Virus record (IMG/VR): IMGVR_UViG_3300033145_000309 | Location: 1 to 40,091 of that record | DNA from: a virus | Lineage: Duplodnaviria; Caudoviricetes | Length of the DNA: 40,091 bases | Direction: 5' to 3' (one strand) | In this document: piece after piece, positions 8,287 to 15,568 of the stretch | Layout of the letters: every line of letters begins with the position of its first letter | Position numbering within the stretch: position 1 is the first letter of the stretch | Translations under genes and position numbers: made by a program | The notes under the pieces: model-generated | Seen by the model: only the letters and a program-made list of their open reading frames with translations | Databases searched by the model: none | What the model was told of the DNA's origin: nothing

Positions 8287-8460
8287 ATGAAATGTAGTAA
8301 GTGTGATAAGGACATGAGGAAGGGAATGAATAAAATAAAGAAGATCTATTTTGGTTACCGCCTTATGAGAGTATGGGATAATGGCGTCCTAAAATCAGTA
8401 TTAAAAGCTATTAAGTATGGATTTGGAATACGGGTTTATATTGACCCCCGAAAGTTGTAG
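8287..8460 (+). CDS. Small hypothetical protein (57 aa, below track cutoff)
   Basis: ATGA coupling; MKCSKCDKDMRKG... Confidence 0.45.
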   Translation: MKCSKCDKDMRKGMNKIKKIYFGYRLMRVWDNGVLKSVLKAIKYGFGIRVYIDPRKL

Positions 8461-8476
8461 AGAGGGGAGGCAAGAA

Positions 8477-8734
8477 GTGAAAGGTAACTACTGGTCGGAG
8501 GGAAATCAAGCTTACTTTCTTGATGGTTTTGCTTATGGACTTACTGAAAACTTGTGCAATATATGTATCGGCATGGAAGCTGATGTCCTCAAAGCATTGT
8601 CTAAGAACACGGAAGCTGAATCACCAACCATAAACCAAATACTAGAATCTGAACTCAGGTGTCGGAATGAGAAAAAGGTCGCTACAGCGGGCGTGAGACG
8701 CACCAGGATTAGTTTTAGACATCTTGGGGGGTAA
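8477..8734 (+). CDS. Hypothetical protein (GTG start)
   Basis: RBS GGGGAGG before GTG 8477, in the frame of track ORF 8417. Confidence 0.6.
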   Translation: MKGNYWSEGNQAYFLDGFAYGLTENLCNICIGMEADVLKALSKNTEAESPTINQILESELRCRNEKKVATAGVRRTRISFRHLGG

Positions 8735-8739
8735 AACTA

Positions 8740-9000
8740 ATGGTAAAGGATAAAGACACCAAAAGCACACTTGGCCCTAAAGATACAGTGATGATGGGTG
8801 ATGAGTTATTGCAAGCCCTACCATCAATACGTGAGCCTGTCTGTGATGTGGCATGGGTAAGGGTTATGGATAGCGAGGGGATAGCGGCATTACTCTTAAC
8901 CCAAGCCGAAATTTCATTCAAGGCAGGATATGAGAGGGCTATGGATACCCAACTAAAAGCAGATAAAGAAACTCAAACAGGAGGTAAAAGATATGGCTGA
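8740..9000 (+). CDS. Phage hypothetical protein
   Basis: QAEISFKAG motif; operon position. Confidence 0.65.
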   Translation: MVKDKDTKSTLGPKDTVMMGDELLQALPSIREPVCDVAWVRVMDSEGIAALLLTQAEISFKAGYERAMDTQLKADKETQTGGKRYG

Positions 9001-9448
9001 GAAGAAACAGGTTAGAAAAAAGAAGAAGGTAACTATATCAAGTCTTAAAAAGAAGGTGTGGGTATTATTCTCACAGTATATTCGGATGAGGGATTGCCTT
9101 AAAACAACTGGGTGTAAAGAATGGGGTCTTTGTATTACTTGCGGAAAAAGGTATCATATCAAACTATTGCAAGCTGGGCACTTTATCCCAGGGAGGCATA
9201 ATGCCAACCTCTTTTCCGAGAAGGGGACTCACGCCCAATGCTATAACTGCAATATAAATTTAAGGGGTAATACGCTTGAGTACAGGCGTAAGGTTATAGA
9301 ATTGTACGGCGAGGGGGCTGATGAGAAACTTGAGGCAGATGCTCAGGGGATTAAGAAGTTTACCATTCAAGACCTGGAGGAACTCTCCAAATTCTATAAG
9401 GATAGGATAAAGACACTCAAACAGGAGGTAAAAGGTGGAAACACTTAA
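8993..9448 (+). CDS. ninG: NinG/Rap-family recombination endonuclease
   Basis: FSQYIRMRD, CITCG, AGHF, HAQCYNCN. Confidence 0.85.
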   Translation: MAEKKQVRKKKKVTISSLKKKVWVLFSQYIRMRDCLKTTGCKEWGLCITCGKRYHIKLLQAGHFIPGRHNANLFSEKGTHAQCYNCNINLRGNTLEYRRKVIELYGEGADEKLEADAQGIKKFTIQDLEELSKFYKDRIKTLKQEVKGGNT

Positions 9449-10118
9449 AATCACTAACGCAGAGGTAAAAGACGGCAAATATATACTCGGTAGTGTGGAT
9501 TTTGATGGACATGTTGAATTGGACACCAATTTAGGATGTGTTCTCTTTGACTCATTAAAAGCTACTGGATATATCCTTGCCAACACTGGCTGTGGTATTA
9601 GGGCTAGAGGGGATATCGAGGCTGGTTGGAGTATCGAGGCTGGTTGGAGTATCAAGGCTGGTTTGGATATCAAGGCTGGTTGTGGTATCAAGGCTGGCGA
9701 GGATATCGAGGCTGGTTGTGGTATCAAGGCTGGCGAGGGTATCGAGGCTGGTTATGGTATCAAGGCTGGTTTGGGTATCGAGGCTGGTTGGGGTATCAAG
9801 GCTGGTTGGGGTATCGAGGCTGGTTTGGATATCAAGGCTGGCGAGGATATCGAGGCTGGTTGTGGTATCAAGGCTGGTTGGGGTATCAAGGTTGGTGGGG
9901 ATATCGAGGTTGGTGGGGATATTAAGGCTGGTTGGGGTATCGAGGCTGGTTATGGTATCAAGGCTGGCGCAACGATTAAAGCCAATCTCCGCATCTTTAC
10001 AGGACTGGTTATATGGCGAAAGCCTGAGCCTCAAGAAATGGAGATTAGATGCAAGAGGCTTGAGAGTGGCGAGGTGGCTTATGGCCACCTAATAGAAACT
10101 GACAAGGAGCAAGAATAA
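9435..10118 (+). CDS. Hexapeptide-repeat beta-helix protein
   Basis: RBS AGGAGG, GTG start; about 22 I(E/K)AG-X-(G/D/S) units. Confidence 0.85.
   Translation: METLKITNAEVKDGKYILGSVDFDGHVELDTNLGCVLFDSLKATGYILANTGCGIRARGDIEAGWSIEAGWSIKAGLDIKAGCGIKAGEDIEAGCGIKAGEGIEAGYGIKAGLGIEAGWGIKAGWGIEAGLDIKAGEDIEAGCGIKAGWGIKVGGDIEVGGDIKAGWGIEAGYGIKAGATIKANLRIFTGLVIWRKPEPQEMEIRCKRLESGEVAYGHLIETDKEQE
9597..9992 (+). repeat. 18-bp coding tandem repeat, about 22 copies
   Basis: Consensus ATC RAG GCT GGY NNN GRT. Confidence 0.95.
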
Positions 10119-10306
10119 TGAAATGCTTAATTATATCTAAAAAGAAACTGGACGAGCTTAAACAGGAACAGTATGAGAACGGTATAGCCAAAGGGTACGA
10201 ACTAGGCTTTAAGATGAGACAGGTAGAAAAGAGCAATCGTGGTTTTATTATCGGGTCTAAAGTGAACCGTGAAATCTCTCAAATAGTGAAGGCAACGAGG
10301 TTTTAG
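10118..10306 (+). CDS. Hypothetical protein
   Basis: TAATG coupling. Confidence 0.6.
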   Translation: MKCLIISKKKLDELKQEQYENGIAKGYELGFKMRQVEKSNRGFIIGSKVNREISQIVKATRF

Positions 10307-10390
10307 ATGGCAAAGATTAAATGGGCTAAGGCTCGTTGCCCAGAGTGCAGGCAAGAGGGATGCGAAAAACGCCAAATATGGAGGTAAGAC

Positions 10391-11035
10391 ATGGCAGATA
10401 AAACAAAGATACACACAGTTTACAAGACCCAGGATGGCAAAAGAGTCCCATCAGTAACAACCGTTCTAGGGGTGCTTGCAAAAAATGCGCTAATACATTG
10501 GGCGTGGCAATGCGGGGTTGATGGATTCGACTATCGGGAAGTCAGAGATAATGCCGCCGACATTGGTACACTTGCCCATTATCTTATTCTCTGCCACCTG
10601 AAGGGTGAAGAGCCGAACATCGAGGATTACTCCGCTGCTGATATAAGCCAAGCCGAGAATTGCCTCATCAAATACTGGGATTGGGAAAAAGAAAATCCTA
10701 TTGAGCCAGTGATGGTTGAGGAACCATTGGTCTCTGAGCAATACCGCTTTGGTGGCACGATAGATTGTCTTGCTAAACTCAATGGGGAACTTATCCTGAT
10801 AGACCACAAGACTGGCAAAGGAATATATCCTGAGATGTTCTATCAGTTAGCTGCCTATCGCCAATTGCTCTTAGAGAATGGCCACGCAATCACCAGCGCT
10901 CGGATACTCAGGATAGGCCGAGATGATTCCGAGGGGTTTGAGCAGAGGGTTATGACAGACCTTGGCAAGCAGTGGAAGATGTTTGAGCATTGCCTGGCGA
11001 TTTATAGATTGCAATCTGAAATTAAAAGGGGGTAA
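10391..11035 (+). CDS. PD-(D/E)XK exonuclease (Cas4-like phage nuclease)
   Basis: PSVTTVL, GTLAH, GGTID, LIDHKTG, QLAAY. Confidence 0.85.
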   Translation: MADKTKIHTVYKTQDGKRVPSVTTVLGVLAKNALIHWAWQCGVDGFDYREVRDNAADIGTLAHYLILCHLKGEEPNIEDYSAADISQAENCLIKYWDWEKENPIEPVMVEEPLVSEQYRFGGTIDCLAKLNGELILIDHKTGKGIYPEMFYQLAAYRQLLLENGHAITSARILRIGRDDSEGFEQRVMTDLGKQWKMFEHCLAIYRLQSEIKRG

Positions 11036-11072
11036 AGGAGGGCTCTGATGATGGCTGACAGGAGTATGTGAG

Positions 11073-11792
11073 ATGAAAGAAAGACCAATACTATTCAGCA
11101 CAGATATGGTCAAGGATATCCTTGAGGATAGAAAGACACAGACCAGAAGGGTGATTAAAGACCCAAGAAGGCACTCTAGTGGAAGGGATGCCTTTTTATC
11201 AAGTAACGTAGGTAAACCTTCTATGGGCGACATAGAAAAGGAACTTGCTTTGAACCTAAAGCCGAACTTCCCCTGCCCCTATGGTCAGGTAGGGGATAGG
11301 CTCGGAGTAAAGGAAACTCATTACCGATGGGGACATTGGGTAAAGAACGGTTTTACCAAAACAGGTAGGCAAAAGTGGACATTCAAGGCAGATGGTGATG
11401 AGGTTCGCTATTGCGATAATCCACCAGAGGCGGTTCAGCGTAATAGCTTCAGGGGCACAGCTTGGTATAAGCGACCATCCATATTCTTGCCAAAGAAGTA
11501 TATCCGCATCTGGCTTGAGATTACTGAGTTAAGGGTTGAGAGGTTGCAGGAGATAACAGGAAGCGATGTTCTAAGAGAAGGTTTCCCTTGGCATGGTATT
11601 GGCGCCACTATGCAGTTTGGATATAGACCCCCACTTACTTGGTTTGTTGATTTATGGGACTCCCTCAATGCCAAGCGTAAGCCTACTAAGTATGACCAAG
11701 AGCACGGAATAACCGAGCCAATTACGCCATCCTATGCGTGGGCAAGTAATCCCTGGGTGTGGGTAATAGAATTCAAGAGATATGAACAATAA
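11073..11792 (+). CDS. Conserved phage protein, ASCH/PUA-like
   Basis: MKERPILFS...RKTQTRR...CPYGQVGDRL...NPWVWVIEF. Confidence 0.75.
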   Translation: MKERPILFSTDMVKDILEDRKTQTRRVIKDPRRHSSGRDAFLSSNVGKPSMGDIEKELALNLKPNFPCPYGQVGDRLGVKETHYRWGHWVKNGFTKTGRQKWTFKADGDEVRYCDNPPEAVQRNSFRGTAWYKRPSIFLPKKYIRIWLEITELRVERLQEITGSDVLREGFPWHGIGATMQFGYRPPLTWFVDLWDSLNAKRKPTKYDQEHGITEPITPSYAWASNPWVWVIEFKRYEQ

Positions 11793-11898
11793 CAATCTCA
11801 AACTACAGATAAGGAGGAATATTATAAGTCCTATAAAAGGTCTATCAGAACAACGAAGGATACCCAGGATTGGAAAGACCAACTAAAGGAGGTAAGGA

Positions 11899-12168
11899 AT
11901 GGAAACTAAAAATCCTGAAAGAAGGGATAGGCTATTGGGTGACATACCATTAGGGCAAGTAATTCAACAGGACACAAAGAAGTGGGCTATTTGCAATAAA
12001 GACTTTCTAATTGATGTTGCAAGGGTGTGCTCATCAGCCCAAGACCGCGCAACTCTAAGATTTATAGGCGACTGGTTAGAAACAATATACACAGCCTGTC
12101 AGGGAGACCTAACCCTGTTCGGTCAAGAAGTATACAAAGAGATTGAGACATTTCAGAAGGGATGGTAA
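11899..12168 (+). CDS. Hypothetical protein
   Basis: RBS AGGAGG. Confidence 0.65.
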   Translation: METKNPERRDRLLGDIPLGQVIQQDTKKWAICNKDFLIDVARVCSSAQDRATLRFIGDWLETIYTACQGDLTLFGQEVYKEIETFQKGW

Positions 12169-12171
12169 AAA

Positions 12172-12525
12172 ATGAAACAAATGTGGAAATATTTTAGGGA
12201 AAGATTTACTAGGAAATTGGGGGTACTTGAACAGGCTGAAAAGATTTTGGAAGATAATAGTGTTGCAATAGCAGGAAGAAAAGAGGTTTTAAATAATTGT
12301 CAGGGTTTATTGGTCTATATATATGACGGTTTTGGCTTTGCTCATCATTTTAGAGGGCAAATAGAAAAGTGTAAATCTTCAAAATGCAAGTTTCTTGTTG
12401 CTGTTTTTTACAGTGATGGTACTTTACGGGCGTACAATTGTAATCACCCACAAGTTACTTGGGTTGTTGAAATAGGTGGAGTGCAAAAGTGTCCAAAGAA
12501 GATGTCTGTATTTAATTGGTCTTAA
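12172..12525 (+). CDS. Hypothetical protein (AT-rich)
   Basis: ORF track; coupled to upstream gene. Confidence 0.6.
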   Translation: MKQMWKYFRERFTRKLGVLEQAEKILEDNSVAIAGRKEVLNNCQGLLVYIYDGFGFAHHFRGQIEKCKSSKCKFLVAVFYSDGTLRAYNCNHPQVTWVVEIGGVQKCPKKMSVFNWS

Positions 12526-12793
12526 TAGGAGAGAGAATGGAATATGCTACTACAAAGTATGAATTCTTTTCTAAAGAGGGACTAGAGGATTACATTAATT
12601 CTCTTTGCGATAATTTCAGAAGGGGGAGATGCCGAAGTGAACTATAAGTTTTTCGATATACCCATTAGAACTGCCCCTAAATGGAAGTTTTGGTTAGCTC
12701 GGATATTCGGTGAAAGTCTTGGGGGATGGAATGATGGAGTGATGGTCAAAAAGTGGTGGGGTGTGTATTGGATGTATTTTAAGGAGAGGGAAA

Positions 12794-13153
12794 ATGAATA
12801 AAGACTTCAAGTGCTTCCAAAAGTATTTCAAGGAATATCAGTATCGGTTTGGGCTTGCTGGGTATAAGGTTTATTTTAAGTATGAGCCTTTAGATGATGG
12901 CATCTTTGCTAACATCACATGTGATAGCCATGATATGTTTGCTACAGTCCGCTTAAACAGCGTTGTTTCCAAAGAGGATAAACCCGATAGAGACATTAGG
13001 AGACTAGCGAAACACGAAGCAATACATCTTTTGTTGGCACGCTTTGATGATAAGGCAAGAAGCAGATATGTGCGCCGTGATGAAATCTACGAGGTAGCTG
13101 AAGAGCTAGCAACTAAGTTGGAAGGATTGATAGGAGATGAACACAGAAGATAA
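12794..13153 (+). CDS. HExxH metallopeptidase-like protein
   Basis: AKHEAIHLLL plus downstream EE; RBS AGGAGAGG before ATG 12794. Confidence 0.7.
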   Translation: MNKDFKCFQKYFKEYQYRFGLAGYKVYFKYEPLDDGIFANITCDSHDMFATVRLNSVVSKEDKPDRDIRRLAKHEAIHLLLARFDDKARSRYVRRDEIYEVAEELATKLEGLIGDEHRR

Positions 13154-13279
13154 AAAGGAGGGGATGCTTTCAACATCAGCCAACGGGGATAGAGCTATTC
13201 TCGTTTGTGTGGGAGAAATATAAGGTGGAGTTTAATAGTTTCCGTAATGTTAAGTGGGGAACTTGGAGATAGGTGAAAT

Positions 13280-13453
13280 ATGAGTGAGAAGCCGAGAGAA
13301 ATTGAGGGTATTTTAAGTATTGGGTTAAATGACGAGGTTATTATAACTAACGAGGTAGGTCAACCTATCAGCGTTAAAGAATGGCTTGCTGGTTGGGCTG
13401 CCGACTATAAGCGTGCAATACTTAAAATAATCATACCTACAAAGGAGAAATAG
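13280..13453 (+). CDS. Small hypothetical protein (57 aa, below track cutoff)
   Basis: RBS AGGTG; MSEKPREIEGILSIG... Confidence 0.5.
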   Translation: MSEKPREIEGILSIGLNDEVIITNEVGQPISVKEWLAGWAADYKRAILKIIIPTKEK

Positions 13454-13454
13454 A

Positions 13455-13652
13455 ATGGGTGAAGAATATCTTACGCAAGAGATGTTAGATAGGGCATTAA
13501 ACATGGGATGTGGGCTTCCCTCACCTCCCGTACCAATTATTTTGCACTCAACGGCTTGGGAGAGCTTTAGGCAAATGCTCAATCTAACTGAGGAACAAAT
13601 GAATAGGATAGCATTGAAAACCGATTATATAGAGTTGGGGGAAATAGAATGA
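13455..13652 (+). CDS. Hypothetical protein
   Basis: RBS AAGGAG. Confidence 0.6.
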   Translation: MGEEYLTQEMLDRALNMGCGLPSPPVPIILHSTAWESFRQMLNLTEEQMNRIALKTDYIELGEIE

Positions 13653-13843
13653 GCTATATAGGGTACACTATTGGGCTTATCGGTTGCTGGGTTATGTCTG
13701 ACGGGGTTTTAAGCTGGACTCTATATCTAAACGCACCGTCTTATGAGAACAGTCCGAAGCAAACATTTAAGCGTGACCATTGGGTCAGATGTTTAAGGAT
13801 AATATGCGGAATAGCTTTAATGGTGCTTGGGGGTATGGTGTGA
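13649..13843 (+). CDS. Small membrane protein (2 TM)
   Basis: Two hydrophobic segments; ATGA coupling. Confidence 0.65.
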   Translation: MSYIGYTIGLIGCWVMSDGVLSWTLYLNAPSYENSPKQTFKRDHWVRCLRIICGIALMVLGGMV

Positions 13844-14499
13844 GAAACGAGGATAAAATAATACTTGATTTGTGTGGAGGAACAGGGGCGTGGAGTAAAC
13901 CATACCAAGATGCGGGCTATGATGTGAGGTTGGTTACTTTACCCGAATATGATGTGAGGTTGTATGAGCCCCCCAAGAATGTTTATGGGGTTCTATCAGC
14001 CCCGCCTTGCACGGAGTTTAGCCGAGCTAGGCAGAAAAATAGATATATGGCAGAAGCCCCTAAGCGTAACTTGGAAGCTGGTATGGAGATAGTTTACCAT
14101 TGCCTACGCATAATCTCTGTTACTAATCCTCATTGGTGGGCATTAGAAAATCCTGTGGGATTGTTAAGGAGTTTTCTGGGGAAACCAGTGTTCACGTTCC
14201 ACCCCTGGCAGTATGGAGACCCCTGGACAAAGCACACAGACCTATGGGGTGTGTTTAATATACCCGCAATAGTGTACCACAGTCAAGAGGATTGCCTTTA
14301 TAGTTTAGGGATACCTATTCGGGATTATCTCCGTGCTAAAGGTATTTCGCCAAGCATAAGACCGAATAAGCTGTTGCCCTCTAAAGCAGACTTAGATAAG
14401 ACCACCTTTAAGTATACGGGAATGAAAGAAGAAAGGTCAGCTTTTAGGGCTGAGACTCCGCTCAGATTTGCCCGTGCTTTCTATGAAGCAAATAAATAA
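13840..14499 (+). CDS. DNA (cytosine-5) methyltransferase, short orphan type
   Basis: Motif I LDLCGGTG, motif IV APPC, motif VI LENP; GTGA-coupled start at 13840. Confidence 0.85.
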   Translation: MRNEDKIILDLCGGTGAWSKPYQDAGYDVRLVTLPEYDVRLYEPPKNVYGVLSAPPCTEFSRARQKNRYMAEAPKRNLEAGMEIVYHCLRIISVTNPHWWALENPVGLLRSFLGKPVFTFHPWQYGDPWTKHTDLWGVFNIPAIVYHSQEDCLYSLGIPIRDYLRAKGISPSIRPNKLLPSKADLDKTTFKYTGMKEERSAFRAETPLRFARAFYEANK

Positions 14500-14657
14500 G
14501 GGGGTATGGTGTGAGATTAAAATATTTCTATAAAGCGTTATTAAAGAAATGTTGCAAATAGTTAATAAGTGCCGACGTTATGTAACAAAGGTTTAACAAG
14601 GAGGGGAAATGAACAGAGATTTAATAACAATTCTACTAGTATACAATGGGGGTTGGG

Positions 14658-14909
14658 ATGAAACACATACATTACTGGATAATTGACCCAGACCTTGTAG
14701 GCCATTGTAGGTGTGGGGCAAGTAAGAACTTCCGTATCTTACAGGAGAAGGAGGGGGTTATCTTGAGTAAGAAACAGGCGAGGGAAAGCTATTTCAAGAG
14801 GTTCCCATCATTTGATATTAGACGGCCCCTGTCCTCTTGTTCTGTTAATTACGACAGTCGTTGGTCAGATATGATGGGGATATACAAAGATGGGGGTAAA
14901 GGATTTTGA
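14658..14909 (+). CDS. Hypothetical His/Cys-containing protein
   Basis: HIHYWII...HCRCG. Confidence 0.55.
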   Translation: MKHIHYWIIDPDLVGHCRCGASKNFRILQEKEGVILSKKQARESYFKRFPSFDIRRPLSSCSVNYDSRWSDMMGIYKDGGKGF

Positions 14910-14934
14910 TTCCATTAAGGAGTTGTTGGATCCT

Positions 14935-15180
14935 CTAATCAAATAAGAGTAGTCTGGCTTCATCTATAACGTCTTGCCCTTCCTTGATTATAGCTTTAAT
15001 CTCAGTTGTGGTTAACTTGCCGTCCTTGTATCCATCACACACTACAACAAGTAGTTCTGCCACCTCTTTAGACATACCCTTCAGCTTATCCTTGCCCATT
15101 TTGAGAACAAAGGATACTATGATACTGATTACCGCAACAACTGACGGTATGATTACGGGTAAAAGCTCCATCCAATTCAT
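14935..15180 (-). CDS. Putative holin
   Basis: N-terminal TM helix, charged tail, last gene of late arm; RBS AGGAGG. Confidence 0.55.
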   Translation of the reverse strand: MNWMELLPVIIPSVVAVISIIVSFVLKMGKDKLKGMSKEVAELLVVVCDGYKDGKLTTTEIKAIIKEGQDVIDEARLLLFD

Positions 15181-15362
15181 TGTTTTTCCTCCTGTATATC
15201 TATTTCCAAGCTATCAATCAGGTCGTCTATCTCATCGCATAACTCAAGTTTAAGTAGTTCAAGACGACTGATTGCATCTTCGACTATCTCTTTAGAAACA
15301 GCACCGCTACCACAGGTGCAAGTATCAGAATTATGATTAGGGCAACCCCCATATTCATCCAT
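15177..15362 (-). CDS. Small acidic Cys-containing protein
   Basis: Coupled to the holin-like gene. Confidence 0.55.
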   Translation of the reverse strand: MDEYGGCPNHNSDTCTCGSGAVSKEIVEDAISRLELLKLELCDEIDDLIDSLEIDIQEEKQ

Positions 15363-15366
15363 AGCT

Positions 15367-15540
15367 TTACCCCTTGAGTAATAGAACTATAATTGCACTA
15401 ATGAGGGCAAAGAGAATACCACAAACCAATCTCTTGAGCCAGCAAACATCAGCTGATAAATGCACCCAGTGATTTGTGAGAAACTCGTTCCACCTCTCAA
15501 CAGTTAAATATTTTGGTTTACGTCCTCTTTTTTCCTCCAT
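15367..15540 (-). CDS. Small membrane protein, XhlA/holin-like (57 aa, below track cutoff)
   Basis: MEEKRGRKPK...LVCGILFALISAIIVLLLKG. Confidence 0.6.
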   Translation of the reverse strand: MEEKRGRKPKYLTVERWNEFLTNHWVHLSADVCWLKRLVCGILFALISAIIVLLLKG

Positions 15541-15557
15541 TTCACTTTACCCTTCTA

Positions 15558-15567
15558 ATTATACCAT
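15558..15567 (-). promoter_or_regulatory. Extended -10 promoter of lysis cassette
   Basis: ATGGTATAAT, identical to those at 26136 and 37070. Confidence 0.6.
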
Positions 15568-15568
15568 A

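Noticed and set aside
7953-8291. CRISPR mini-array
   Set aside because: Only two roughly 31-bp copies about 308 bp apart with a gene between them; no cas genes; better explained as methylase stubs
9555-10092. Overlapping ORFs in other frames and strand (9555-10088, 9577-10092, 9626-9925)
   Set aside because: By-products of a stop-free 18-bp repeat; only 9435-10118 has an RBS and unique flanking domains
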